In this document: in pieces, positions 41,030 through 50,829 of the stretch
How positions within the stretch are numbered: position 1 is the stretch's first letter
How the letters are laid out: every line of letters starts with the position of its first letter
Origin: an uncultured Lactobacillaceae bacterium
Lineage (GTDB): Bacteria > Bacillota > Bacilli > Lactobacillales > Lactobacillaceae
Assembly (NCBI GenBank): GCA_963926925.1
Contig: CAWUZD010000030.1
Span: 1-61,720 of the forward strand
Direction: 5' to 3'
DNA length: 61,720 nt
The notes under the pieces: model-generated
What the model was told of the DNA's origin: nothing
The model's input: the letters and a program-made list of their open reading frames with translations, nothing else
The model's database searches: none
Translations under genes and position numbers: made by a program

Positions 41030-41716
41030 TTAACGCCCTAAGCTAAAGCTATCAATTCGCCCTTGAAAACCACAATGATACAAGCAATCGCGCGCATGCC
41101 ACAAGGTTCGACCGGTCGTGTAAATATCATCAACTAATAAAATTTGCTTAAGATGACTATCATCAAGGTGCGCATTACTGCGAAAAAACTGCGGCGTATG
41201 CAAGCGTTCATAACGATTCTTCTGTGCCTGGGGAACTGGCGTTGGCATTTTAATTAGTAATGACTTCAACGGCACAATATCCGCATACAAACCAGCCACA
41301 TGATCAAAACCACGAGCTTGTAAATGGTTCGGATCACTAGGAATAGGCACAATGAGATCATAATGATGGGTATTAAAGAATTGCTTTAATAAATCACTAA
41401 ACGCATCTTTAAGGTAATAACTGCCATAACCCTTATACTGCATGAAATAATCAGCAAGGGCATGGTTATATTGTAATAATGCATAATGTTGCCAAGATAC
41501 CTGCGGATAAAGATATTGCCACCGCTGACAATCTTGACAAATATGCATCGTTGCTTGCACATGATAACAACGTGGACAATGCAGTTGTTGCGTTAGTTTA
41601 ACAAAATCACGGCGACAATACCGGCAAAGTCGGGGCTGATAATATGGTTGCCAACTAAATAACCATTGCAATGACAATTCATTAATAATGCGTTGCTGAC
41701 AAAATAAGCACTTCAT
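41030..41716 (-). CDS. comFC: Competence protein ComFC (phosphoribosyltransferase-like)
   Basis: N-terminal Cys-rich zinc-finger region and a C-terminal PRPP loop LLVDDIYTTGRTL. The likely start is ATG 41716 (MKCLF), which forms an ATGA overlap with the reconstructed comFA stop. Confidence 0.85.
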   Translation of the reverse strand: MKCLFCQQRIINELSLQWLFSWQPYYQPRLCRYCRRDFVKLTQQLHCPRCYHVQATMHICQDCQRWQYLYPQVSWQHYALLQYNHALADYFMQYKGYGSYYLKDAFSDLLKQFFNTHHYDLIVPIPSDPNHLQARGFDHVAGLYADIVPLKSLLIKMPTPVPQAQKNRYERLHTPQFFRSNAHLDDSHLKQILLVDDIYTTGRTLWHARDCLYHCGFQGRIDSFSLGR

Positions 41717-42899
41717 AATTGGCACCGTAATTGCTTGGCCTTATGATTTAAATGCCTAATTTGCTGCCAAGCTCGTTTCACATTACGAGTATAAGCCGTA
41801 CATAAAAATAACACTTGCCCGGCTTGATCATCAGCGTATCAATCATCCCCTGGCGAAACAGGGCAACCTTGTTCAGACGCTGTTCATCGGCAGCATGAAC
41901 GGTTGCTAATTTTTGCTGTGGAAAATAACGTTGCCACCACTGCGCCACATCAGCTAACATCACCACATACGGCACAAAGATTAATAACTGCCGTTGCAAA
42001 TTAACTTTCCTAAATAAGTAATGCTGCCACCATAATGGCAAAGTTTGTTGACGTAAGTAGCGGCGTAAATACGGCATTATTTTTATTTGCGGTACTGGTA
42101 ATAAGTGATGATGATAACGTAATGGCAGGTAACTAACTGCTAACTGCCGTTGGTTAATTTGACGCTGTAAAGTTGGCGATGGTGTCGCCGTGAGATAAAG
42201 ACAAGCACTCTGCTGCTTACGCGCATGTTGAATAGCAAATTGTAAGGCCGCATCGTTTACTAATGGAAAAGCATCAACTTCATCAACAATCATCACATCA
42301 AAAGCCCGATAGAAACGCCATAACTGGTGGACTGTGCACACTACCAATTGGGTATAACAATACTGCGGTTGTTGACCATGTAATAAGCAAATATCAACAT
42401 TAAAAGCTGCTTGTAAGCGTGGATATAACTCTAAACACACATCAACTCGTGGCGACGCAATACAAACCCGTTGTTGCTGTTGTAACGCCCAATTAATACC
42501 ATTAAACAAAATTTCGGTTTTGCCAGCACCAGTTACTGCCCATAATAACCGCATTTGTTGCTGTTGAATTGTTACTAATATTTTTTGCGCAACTGGTAAT
42601 TGTTGTGGAGCTAATTTGCCCTGCCACCGCAAATATGTTGCTTGCTTAGCAAAATGATTGGGTTCAGGCAAATAATATAAAACCTGCTGTGAAGTAATGC
42701 GACCTAACATAATACAATGTGGACAATAATAGGCCCGGTTAGGTAATTGGTAATGGCACAAATCATAACCACAACGTTGACAACACTGCTTAACAACGGC
42801 AGGACGTTGCTGTAAATCTGGTATTAACGCTTGATAATGATTACGTTGTAAATCACTAAGTAATAATTGCCGACCATACATTACTTCAAGACTTGGCAT
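41713..42899 (-). pseudogene. comFA: comFA (DEAD-box helicase/translocase for DNA uptake) disrupted by an internal out-of-frame deletion
   Basis: The N-terminal 4-Cys finger, Walker A (VTGAGKTE) and the DEAD box (MIVDEVDAF) are intact. After FRQGMIDTLMI the frame runs into a stop at 41778. The conserved C-terminus (AGQVLFLCTAYTRNVKRAWQQIRHLNHKAKQL) is in another frame and ends at TGA 41715..41713. Helicase motifs V and VI are absent. Confidence 0.7.
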
Positions 42900-42960
42900 A
42901 AATAATTCACCTCAGTTATAATTACGCCAAAAGTTAATTTTTTTATGATAGGAAATATCA

Positions 42961-43578
42961 ATGACGACAACAATTTATCAACGGGTTCATACTGAAATTA
43001 ATATTAAAAAATCTCGTTTCATTAGTTACTTAATTCCTGTAACTAGTGAACAGGATGCGAAACAACAATTAAACTTATTAAAAAAACAAACACCACAAGC
43101 TACACACCATTGTTTTGCCTACATTGTTGGTAATATTACCCGGATGAGCGATGACGGTGAACCGAGCGGCACAGCGGGTAAGCCCATCCTGACCACCTTA
43201 CAAAGTAATCATCTTACTAACATTTTGGCTGTTGTGATTCGGTACTTTGGCGGCATTAAACTTGGCACAGGTGGCTTAACGCGTGCTTACCGTCAAAGCG
43301 TGATGCAGACGTTACAACAATGCACATTAGCACAAATAATGACCCAACAAGAATTACAAGTTAGTCTTAGTTATTCACAGTGGCAAAGTTTACAACATCT
43401 TGATACTCTTAACGTTATTAAGATTGATTATGGTGAACATGTTAACTTAGTTTTGGGGGTAGCTCCTACCGCTATAACAACTTTGCAAACCCAAATTAAT
43501 AATTACTTACACACTAATTTAAGTTTTACTACTGGTGCTATTAAAGATATTATTGTGCCACTAAAAAAAGACAGTTAA
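42961..43578 (+). CDS. yigZ: IMPACT/YigZ family protein (UPF0029)
   Basis: 205 aa with KKSRFISYL, HHCFAY and DDGEPSGTAGKP, typical of YigZ. Confidence 0.8.
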   Translation: MTTTIYQRVHTEINIKKSRFISYLIPVTSEQDAKQQLNLLKKQTPQATHHCFAYIVGNITRMSDDGEPSGTAGKPILTTLQSNHLTNILAVVIRYFGGIKLGTGGLTRAYRQSVMQTLQQCTLAQIMTQQELQVSLSYSQWQSLQHLDTLNVIKIDYGEHVNLVLGVAPTAITTLQTQINNYLHTNLSFTTGAIKDIIVPLKKDS

Positions 43579-43598
43579 TGAACTGTCTTTTATTTTTT
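43564..43598. terminator. Bidirectional terminator between yigZ and tagO
   Basis: A6-GACAGTT-aatg-AACTGTC-TTTtaT6. The hairpin embeds both stop codons. Confidence 0.75.
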
Positions 43599-44726
43599 AT
43601 ATGATTTAAACTTACTACCAAAATCATCATTAGGTGCTGAGCGCGACAACTTGCTGACCGCATGCTGAATTAAATGAATCAATGGCTGCCGATTCTCGCC
43701 TAGTAAACCAATTAATTCAATAAATAACTCGAGTGCAATCAACACACCAATTGATAACGCGATATTGCCCCATAATGTTGATAAGGGATAAATCATCGCA
43801 ATAAATGAAAAAATTAATGATAAACCATAAATTGCCAAAACGGTTTGTCGATGGGTTAATCCTAATTGCATTAAGCGATGATGCAAATGCTTCTTATCAG
43901 CCTGAGTAATTGGTTGATGATTAAGAATACGCCGAATAATTGCATAAAACGTGTCCATTAATGGTACACCTAAAATTAAAATCGGTACTGCCATGGTTGT
44001 GAGCGTAACATTCTTTAAGCCTTTCAAAGAAAAGACCGCAATCATAAACCCAATGAATAACGATCCCGTATCGCCTAAAAAGACCTTGGCGGGATGGAAA
44101 TTATATGGTAAAAACCCAATTAACGCCGCCATTAAGATAAAAATCATCACCGAAACATACGTATTGGAATCATTAAAGAAATAATTCACAATCCCCATCG
44201 TAAATAAGCCAATAATAGCAATCCCGGTAGCTAAACCATCAAGACCATCAATTAAATTAATCGCATTAGTAATCGCTAAAATCCAAAAAATACTAATTGG
44301 AAAACTCCACCATCCCAAATGAACCCGTAAGTTAATAAATGGAATGGTAATATGCGTCATCTTAATACGGGCTAAGAAGTAAATAATTAACGCCGCTACC
44401 AGAATACCAAACATTTTTTGGCGCGGATTCAATTCCTTAATATCATCAATCATCCCCGTTACCACAATCACACAAGCACCCAAAAAAATACTGAATAATT
44501 CATGGGTAGGAAACTCATGACGTAATAACACAAATGTTGCAAATGTAAATGATAGAAAAATTGCCAAACCACCCATTGTCGGCATCGGATGAGTATTAAC
44601 ACGACGTGCACTTGGTTTATCAATTGCACCTAATACATAAGCTAAGCGGCGCACAAATGGCGTGACAATCGCGGCGATAATCATCGTTAAAAACAATTTA
44701 ACAATAATTTGAAAAAGGTGTAGCAT
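43590..44726 (-). CDS. tagO: Undecaprenyl-phosphate GlcNAc-1-phosphate transferase (MraY/WecA family, TagO-like)
   Basis: Polytopic protein with NAINLIDGLDGLATG and a DTGSLFIG motif. The likely start is ATG 44726 (MLHLF). The track's TTG at 44738 directly abuts the GGAGG SD. Confidence 0.8.
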   Translation of the reverse strand: MLHLFQIIVKLFLTMIIAAIVTPFVRRLAYVLGAIDKPSARRVNTHPMPTMGGLAIFLSFTFATFVLLRHEFPTHELFSIFLGACVIVVTGMIDDIKELNPRQKMFGILVAALIIYFLARIKMTHITIPFINLRVHLGWWSFPISIFWILAITNAINLIDGLDGLATGIAIIGLFTMGIVNYFFNDSNTYVSVMIFILMAALIGFLPYNFHPAKVFLGDTGSLFIGFMIAVFSLKGLKNVTLTTMAVPILILGVPLMDTFYAIIRRILNHQPITQADKKHLHHRLMQLGLTHRQTVLAIYGLSLIFSFIAMIYPLSTLWGNIALSIGVLIALELFIELIGLLGENRQPLIHLIQHAVSKLSRSAPNDDFGSKFKSYKK

Positions 44727-44863
44727 AACGTCGTTCAACCTCCAAGACCAAATGTCTTGTTAAATAATTAGTTATTCTTCAATATAACAATTATAAAAAA
44801 GAATCTCAATAACTTTTATTCTAAATTAAACATAACTAAAATAAAAGAACCTGCCCATTCAAA

Positions 44864-44890
44864 AAGGACCTTGCCCCAAGCAAGATCCTT
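44864..44890 (-). terminator. rny terminator
   Basis: On the minus strand, AAGGATCTTGC-ttggg-GCAAGGTCCTT (one mismatch) is followed by T5. Confidence 0.55.
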
Positions 44891-44894
44891 CATT

Positions 44895-46466
44895 TTATTT
44901 CGCATATTCAACTGTTCGCGTTTCACGAATAACAGTAACTTTAATATGACCAGGATATTCAAGTTCTTTTTCAATCCGATTCTTGATATCCCGTGCCAAA
45001 ATAATCGCTTGATCATCACTGATTTCTTCAGGTTTGACAATAACACGAATTTCACGACCAGCTTGAATCGCAAAACTATGATCAACGCCAGCAAAATCAT
45101 TAGTAATACTTTCAAGTTTTTCCAAACGATGAATATAATTTTCAAGTGATTCGGAACGTGCTCCTGGTCGTGCGGCTGAAATGGCATCAGCAGCTGCGAC
45201 TAATACCGCAATTGTTGAAGTTGGTGCAACGTCACCGTGGTGACTAGCAATGGTATTAATCACAACTGGTGATTCATTGTACTTAGTAGTAATTTCAACC
45301 CCAATTTCAACGTGTGAACCATCGACTTCATGATCCAAGGCCTTCCCAATATCATGGAGTAAGCCGGCACGTTTGGCAAGATCAACATTCTCACCTAATT
45401 CAGCAGCCATAATTCCTGCTAACTTAGCAACTTGAATTGAATGGTCGAGCACATTTTGCCCATAACTAGTCCGGAAATGCAAACGTCCCAAAATCTTAAT
45501 TAAATCAGGATGCATACTATGAATGCCAACGTCAAAAATGGCTTGTTCGCCAATTTCACGAATTCGTTCATCCATTTCCTTGCGTGCTTTATCAACCATT
45601 TCTTCAATCCGTGCTGGATGAATTCGACCATCCTGGATTAATTTTTCCAAGGCCATCCGCGCAATTTCACGCCGAATTGGATCAAAACCACTTAATACAA
45701 CAGCTTCAGGAGTATCATCAATAATTAAATCAATTCCTGTTAATGTTTCTAAAGTACGAATATTACGGCCTTCACGCCCGATAATCCGTCCTTTCATTTC
45801 CTCATTAGGTAAGTTAACAACAGTAACCGTTGCTTCAGAAACGACATCAGCGGCACTCCGTTGAATCGCATCAACGATTAATTCCCGCGCCCGCCGATCA
45901 GCGTTCATCTTCGCATCATCTTCGCTAGCCTTAATCATCACTGCCCGTTCATGAATCAAATCTTCTTTAGTCTTATCAAGGATTTGTTGACGTGCTTCTT
46001 CAGGTGATAATTGACCAACTTCATATAGTTTTTCCTGTTGTTTAGCAATCAAATCATCAACATTTTGTTGTTGAGCATCTAATTGCTGTTGGCGTTTATT
46101 TAACTTAGCTTCACGATTTTCTAAAGCTTGTTCTTTTTTATCAAGGCTATCATCTTTACGATCAATCGTTTCTTCCCGTTTCATCAAACGATCTGATTGT
46201 TTCTGTACTTCAAGACGTTGTTGCTTCAATTCATCTTCAATACGTGTTTGATAACGATGACTTTCATCCTTAGCTTCTAAAAGAATTTCCCGTTTCTTAG
46301 TTGCTGCTTCTTTCTTGGCAGTCGCAATAATACCAGCGGCAGTATCTTTAGCAGCGTTTAATTCTTTTTCATGCACATGCTTCCGCATGACATAACCAAT
46401 CGTCAAACCGATAATCAACATGATGACTGCGAGGATTACTGTAACAATAATTGTTGCAGAACTCAT
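44895..46466 (-). CDS. rny: Ribonuclease Y
   Basis: An N-terminal TM helix, a coiled-coil, a KH domain ([12 protein letters not shown]) and an HD domain (LLHDIGK). The likely start is ATG 46466 (MSSATI) behind GGAGGTG. Confidence 0.95.
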   Translation of the reverse strand: MSSATIIVTVILAVIMLIIGLTIGYVMRKHVHEKELNAAKDTAAGIIATAKKEAATKKREILLEAKDESHRYQTRIEDELKQQRLEVQKQSDRLMKREETIDRKDDSLDKKEQALENREAKLNKRQQQLDAQQQNVDDLIAKQQEKLYEVGQLSPEEARQQILDKTKEDLIHERAVMIKASEDDAKMNADRRARELIVDAIQRSAADVVSEATVTVVNLPNEEMKGRIIGREGRNIRTLETLTGIDLIIDDTPEAVVLSGFDPIRREIARMALEKLIQDGRIHPARIEEMVDKARKEMDERIREIGEQAIFDVGIHSMHPDLIKILGRLHFRTSYGQNVLDHSIQVAKLAGIMAAELGENVDLAKRAGLLHDIGKALDHEVDGSHVEIGVEITTKYNESPVVINTIASHHGDVAPTSTIAVLVAAADAISAARPGARSESLENYIHRLEKLESITNDFAGVDHSFAIQAGREIRVIVKPEEISDDQAIILARDIKNRIEKELEYPGHIKVTVIRETRTVEYAK

Positions 46467-46615
46467 TGAATTCACCTCCGCATCATCAAAAGGCAATTTT
46501 ATTAAAAATTACTATTTATACGATGTTTATTTATAAGTTAATAATTAAACACTAATCTAGTTTATATTGTTCATATTAACATGTCAACGTTCGACCCTAT
46601 CCTTTAATTAACCAT

Positions 46616-46646
46616 AAAAAAACGGTGATAATTAAATTATCACCGT
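46616..46646 (-). terminator. recA terminator
   Basis: On the minus strand, ACGGTGATAATT-t-AATTATCACCGT is followed by T7. Confidence 0.8.
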
Positions 46647-46655
46647 CCATTTTAA

Positions 46656-47717
46656 TTATTTATCAGTTGTTGGTTGATCATCATTGGTAGCATTGTCGTT
46701 ATCTTTGGTTGGTTCGTCATCACTCATGCCATAAGCTTCACGCACTTCATGCCGTAATTTAGCTTCAATGTCAGGATGATCAGCTAAGAACTTCTTAGCA
46801 TTTTCACGACCTTGACCAATACGTTCATCATTGTATGAATACCATGAACCACTCTTATGCACGATATCCTTATCAACACCCATATCAATTAGTTCGCCTA
46901 ATTGGGAAATACCTTTACCATACATAATATCAACTTCAGCAGTCTTGAATGGAGGTGCTACCTTGTTCTTAACAACCTTAATCCGGGTCCGGTTACCAAC
47001 AGCATTGGTACCTTCCTTAATTTGTTCAGCCCGCCGTACTTCCAAACGAATGGTTGAATAGAACTTCAAAGCACGACCACCTGGTGTGGTTTCAGGATTA
47101 CCAAACATAATCCCAACTTTTTCACGAATTTGGTTAATGAAAATTGCAATTGTCTTTGTCTTATTAATTGTTCCTGATAATTTCCGAAGGGCTTGTGACA
47201 TCAAGCGGGCTTGTAACCCAACATGACTATCACCCATTTCACCTTCGATTTCAGCCCGTGGTACTAAAGCAGCCACTGAGTCGATAACTACCAAATCAAT
47301 AGCACCACTAGATACCAAGGCATCAGCAATTTCAAGACCTTGTTCACCAGTATCAGGTTGTGAAAGTAACAAATCATCAATATTAACACCTAATGCACTT
47401 GCATATTGGGGATCCATTGCGTTTTCAGCATCAATATAAGCGGCGGTACCACCACGTTTTTGGATTTCAGCAACTGCATGCAATGCTAATGTTGTTTTCC
47501 CTGAACTTTCAGGTCCATAGACTTCAATAATCCGGCCGCGAGGATAACCACCAACACCTAATGCATTATCCAATGCTAAGGAACCAGTTGACACTGTTGA
47601 AATTTGCGTATCAACTTTATCACCCATCCGCATAATTGAACCTTTACCAAAGTTCTTTTCAATTTTCTTTAATGCAGTATCAAGAGCAGCTTGACGAGCA
47701 TCATCTTGTTGTGTCAT
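46656..47717 (-). CDS. recA: Recombinase RecA
   Basis: 353 aa with the P-loop GPESSGKTT and canonical L1 and L2 regions. AGGAGG SD. Confidence 0.98.
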   Translation of the reverse strand: MTQQDDARQAALDTALKKIEKNFGKGSIMRMGDKVDTQISTVSTGSLALDNALGVGGYPRGRIIEVYGPESSGKTTLALHAVAEIQKRGGTAAYIDAENAMDPQYASALGVNIDDLLLSQPDTGEQGLEIADALVSSGAIDLVVIDSVAALVPRAEIEGEMGDSHVGLQARLMSQALRKLSGTINKTKTIAIFINQIREKVGIMFGNPETTPGGRALKFYSTIRLEVRRAEQIKEGTNAVGNRTRIKVVKNKVAPPFKTAEVDIMYGKGISQLGELIDMGVDKDIVHKSGSWYSYNDERIGQGRENAKKFLADHPDIEAKLRHEVREAYGMSDDEPTKDNDNATNDDQPTTDK

Positions 47718-47751
47718 TTACTGTGTATCCTCCTTTATTTAATAGCTTAAT

Positions 47752-47780
47752 AATTTTACACTATTTACTATATAAAAACA
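47752..47780 (-). promoter_or_regulatory. Candidate recA promoter
   Basis: On the minus strand, TTGTTT (47780..47775), a 17-nt spacer, then TAAAAT (47757..47752). I recognised no GAAC-N4-GTTC LexA box around it. Confidence 0.4.
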
Positions 47781-47791
47781 ACCTTTTTTCG

Positions 47792-48469
47792 CTATTTTTT
47801 CAATGCATTTGCGAGTAATAAAAAGCCCGTTAACACTGATTGTTTCCGCACTGCTTGACGATCACCACTAAAGTGATACAAGTTCGCAATGGTGGGTTGT
47901 TGCCGTTGTGCAAGACTAATCCATACCGTTCCAACGGGTTGATTTTCCAAAGTAGTTGGCCCAGCAACGCCAGTAAACCCTAAACCAAATTCAGTATCAA
48001 GAATTACCCGACTTTGTTCAGCCATAGCGACGGCTGTTGGCCGACTAACGACACCATCATGTTGTAATTGTGCTAACGGAATATGGAGCATTGCCCCTTT
48101 AACAGCTTCAGCATAAGTAACAAACCCGCCTGGAAAGACTGCTGAAGCACCACTAACTGTAGCCAACGTGCTTTGGAATTCACCAGCGGTTAAACTTTCG
48201 GCCGCGGTGACAGTTTGATGATTAGCAATCAAATGACGCACTACCCATTGAGGAAGATCTTCATTTGTATCACTAGCATAGTAATAAGGTGCTAACTTAG
48301 TTTGTAATTGATCACTTGCCATAGTAGTATCGTCAGCACACAAAGTAACCCACATTTCATAATATAATGGCGTTACTTGCCATTGCACTGGTTGCTTATC
48401 AAATAATTGGTGTAAAGTCGTCAACAACTGTGGCAATGCGATACAAGCAAAATGTAATGTTGTTTTCAT
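47792..48469 (-). CDS. cinA: CinA-family protein lacking the N-terminal MoCF-binding domain (linker plus PncC-like NMN deamidase domain only)
   Basis: 225 aa. The C-terminal two thirds carry the CinA_C/PncC motifs (VTAAESLTAGEF, GGFVTYA, GFTGVAGP). The first ~80 aa align, from memory, to the middle domain of full-length (~415 aa) CinA. It has its own AAGGAG SD. Confidence 0.7.
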   Translation of the reverse strand: MKTTLHFACIALPQLLTTLHQLFDKQPVQWQVTPLYYEMWVTLCADDTTMASDQLQTKLAPYYYASDTNEDLPQWVVRHLIANHQTVTAAESLTAGEFQSTLATVSGASAVFPGGFVTYAEAVKGAMLHIPLAQLQHDGVVSRPTAVAMAEQSRVILDTEFGLGFTGVAGPTTLENQPVGTVWISLAQRQQPTIANLYHFSGDRQAVRKQSVLTGFLLLANALKK

Positions 48470-48503
48470 TATAAGATACTCCTTTTAAGTTTAAAATTAC
48501 TGT

Positions 48504-48540
48504 AAAAAAATGAACTTGCGATGCTTAACACAAGTTCATT
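48504..48540 (-). terminator. pgsA terminator
   Basis: On the minus strand, AATGAACTTG-tgttaagcatcg-CAAGTTCATT is followed by T7. Confidence 0.7.
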
Positions 48541-48567
48541 TTATAATATTCAGAACATTGATAGTGA

Positions 48568-49158
48568 TTATTTATGTTTACCAAATGAATCAGCAAAAAC
48601 TTGCCGGTTCTTGTAGAAGTAATCACAACCAGAGTAAATCGTAAAGAATAAGCAGACATACAACATAATTTGGGCAAACGGAATATGAATAGCCGCAAAA
48701 CCAATATTATTTAATAATAAGAAAATAATGGCTAACATTTGTGTTGTTGTCTTAATCTTACCCGGCATGGCTGCTGCCATAACTTCGCCGCCTTCGGAAA
48801 GTAATAACCGCAAACCAGTAACAGCTAATTCACGCCAAATAATAATGGCGGCTACCCATGCGGGAACACTACCCATTTTTACTAAGAAGATGAAAGCAGT
48901 CATTACTAACATTTTGTCAGCTAAGGGATCAGCAAACTTCCCAAAGTTAGTTACTAAATGTTGCCGCCGCGCAATTTGGCCATCGGCAAAGTCAGTCAAT
49001 GAGGCCACAATAAAAATTAATGTCGCAATTAATGCCGTTACAGTAATGGTAGTACCGCCAACATTAAATTGACTCCAATGCCATGGCACCGCCAAAATTA
49101 CCGTAAAAATCGGAATTAAAATCATGCGAAACATCGTTAAACGATTGGGTAAATTCAT
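48568..49158 (-). CDS. pgsA: CDP-diacylglycerol--glycerol-3-phosphate 3-phosphatidyltransferase
   Basis: 196 aa with the CDP-alcohol phosphatidyltransferase motif DFADGQIARRQHLVTNFGKFADPLADK. Confidence 0.92.
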   Translation of the reverse strand: MNLPNRLTMFRMILIPIFTVILAVPWHWSQFNVGGTTITVTALIATLIFIVASLTDFADGQIARRQHLVTNFGKFADPLADKMLVMTAFIFLVKMGSVPAWVAAIIIWRELAVTGLRLLLSEGGEVMAAAMPGKIKTTTQMLAIIFLLLNNIGFAAIHIPFAQIMLYVCLFFTIYSGCDYFYKNRQVFADSFGKHK

Positions 49159-49176
49159 AATTAGTTTTTCACTCCA

Positions 49177-50040
49177 TTATTTATAATTGAAAGTTAATGT
49201 CCGGACAGTGGTAGAAGTACCATTATTAATATTAACGTCCTTGTTATTAACCTTAATAGTTGTCTTTGGTGCGTTACCACTCTTGATAATTACTTGTTTA
49301 GTACCATCCGGAACACTAACAGTGTATGGATTACTTGCCGTAATTACGCCTTGGTAAACCACTTTGCCACTAATCGTAACTGACGTCCAGGCACTTGCTT
49401 GGGCATCAATTGTAATTTGGTTATTATTTTGAGGTGCATCAGTGATATTGAAAGTTTGCGTACTACCACTGGCACTTGCTTGTTGAATACTAATTTCTTT
49501 AGATGATGAAGATGAAGCAGCACTAGATGAGCTTTGACTGCTTGAAGAGCTACTTACCTTCTTACTCGTAGCAGAATTACTAATTTTAACTGATGATGGT
49601 TGTGCAATCATTTGTTGTTGATTTTCATGATTACGTTGGGCCGCAATAATCCAAATTCCACCAATGACAATTACTACTAACGCAATAATAATTGTTTGGG
49701 GCAAATAACGGCGGTTGCGGGTCCACCAGTTATGTTTATAATTCTTTTGTTCACGACTAATTGGTTGTTCTTCAGTTGATGAAGTAGCCGTTTCTTTAGT
49801 TTGCAATGATGGCAAAGCATCTTCATATTGTTTTAATAACTTATCGCCATCAAGGCCAACACTATCTGCATACTGCTTAATAAAAGCACGCACATAAAAG
49901 TTACCTGGTAGTGCATCAAAATTGCCTTCTTCAATCGCAATCAAATACCGCTTTTGAATTTTAGTAATTTTTTGCAAATCATCTAGGGTATATCCTTTGG
50001 CTAAACGTGCTTCACGTAGTTTTTGCCCTACCTCGTCCAT
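49177..50040 (-). CDS. rodZ: RodZ/YmfM-like cytoskeleton protein (HTH, TM and Ser-rich linker)
   Basis: An N-terminal XRE-type HTH (LREARLAKGYTLDDLQKITKIQKRYLIAIEEG), one TM segment and a poly-Ser low-complexity tract (SSSSSSQSSSSAASSSSS). Confidence 0.75.
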   Translation of the reverse strand: MDEVGQKLREARLAKGYTLDDLQKITKIQKRYLIAIEEGNFDALPGNFYVRAFIKQYADSVGLDGDKLLKQYEDALPSLQTKETATSSTEEQPISREQKNYKHNWWTRNRRYLPQTIIIALVVIVIGGIWIIAAQRNHENQQQMIAQPSSVKISNSATSKKVSSSSSSQSSSSAASSSSSKEISIQQASASGSTQTFNITDAPQNNNQITIDAQASAWTSVTISGKVVYQGVITASNPYTVSVPDGTKQVIIKSGNAPKTTIKVNNKDVNINNGTSTTVRTLTFNYK

Positions 50041-50100
50041 TCAAAACGCTCCCCATTATTGAGTTAAAATAAACAATTTTAGTATACCATAGTTGTTTTA

Positions 50101-50826
50101 TTAATATAACCAACCGCCAGTGACGTATAATGTTTGTCCGGTTAAGTAGCTAGCTTTCTTAGCTAATAACGTGGTAACAAAGTAAGTAATTTCATCGGGA
50201 TGAGCAAAATAACCCATCGGAATTTCTTCATCAATCGTGGCTTTTTCAGCCGCTGAAAAAATATTATTCATTGGTGTATCAACGGCACCAGGCGCAATCA
50301 CATTAATCGTAATGCCTAAACTCGCAACTTCTTGGGCATAGGCCTTAGCAAAAGCACTTTGCGCACCTTTCATCGTGCTATAAGCCACTTCCATGGCACT
50401 GCCACTCTTGCCATAAACTGATCCTAATAACACAATCCGGCCACAGTGCGCATGCGCTAATTTATTCTGCAAGCGTTGGCACAACATCATTGGCGCTTTA
50501 ACATGCAACTGCCATAATTCTTCCCATTGTTGCGGTGTTTGTTCCGTTAATAAGCCATAATAAGTAATACCAGAAGTATAAACTAGCGCATCAAGTTGGA
50601 ATAATGAATTAACAATTTTATCAATCCCCGTTGCCGCCAATAAGTCCGCTTGAATTGGAATAAATTCCTGGTGCGGATATTGTGCTTGTAAAGTTGTAAT
50701 TTTGTGATTAATGGCGTCCATATGGCGGTTACCATGTAAATACAAATTCCACCCTTGTGCTGCTAAATCATCAACAATTTGTTGGCCGATGCCACCAGAA
50801 GCACCGACAATTAATGCCCATTTCAT
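50101..50826 (-). CDS. ymfI: Short-chain dehydrogenase/reductase (YmfI-like)
   Basis: The cofactor motif GASGGIG and the catalytic YSTMK (YxxxK). Confidence 0.8.
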   Translation of the reverse strand: MKWALIVGASGGIGQQIVDDLAAQGWNLYLHGNRHMDAINHKITTLQAQYPHQEFIPIQADLLAATGIDKIVNSLFQLDALVYTSGITYYGLLTEQTPQQWEELWQLHVKAPMMLCQRLQNKLAHAHCGRIVLLGSVYGKSGSAMEVAYSTMKGAQSAFAKAYAQEVASLGITINVIAPGAVDTPMNNIFSAAEKATIDEEIPMGYFAHPDEITYFVTTLLAKKASYLTGQTLYVTGGWLY

Positions 50827-50829
50827 TGA

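Noticed and set aside
44816-45187. A 123-aa minus-strand ORF and a 92-aa plus-strand ORF overlapping the 3' end of rny.
   Set aside because: Both overlap the conserved RNase Y C-terminus (HD domain to the end) in alternative frames. Their translations are Leu/Ile/Lys-rich nonsense, and the rny terminator at 44864-44890 falls inside them.
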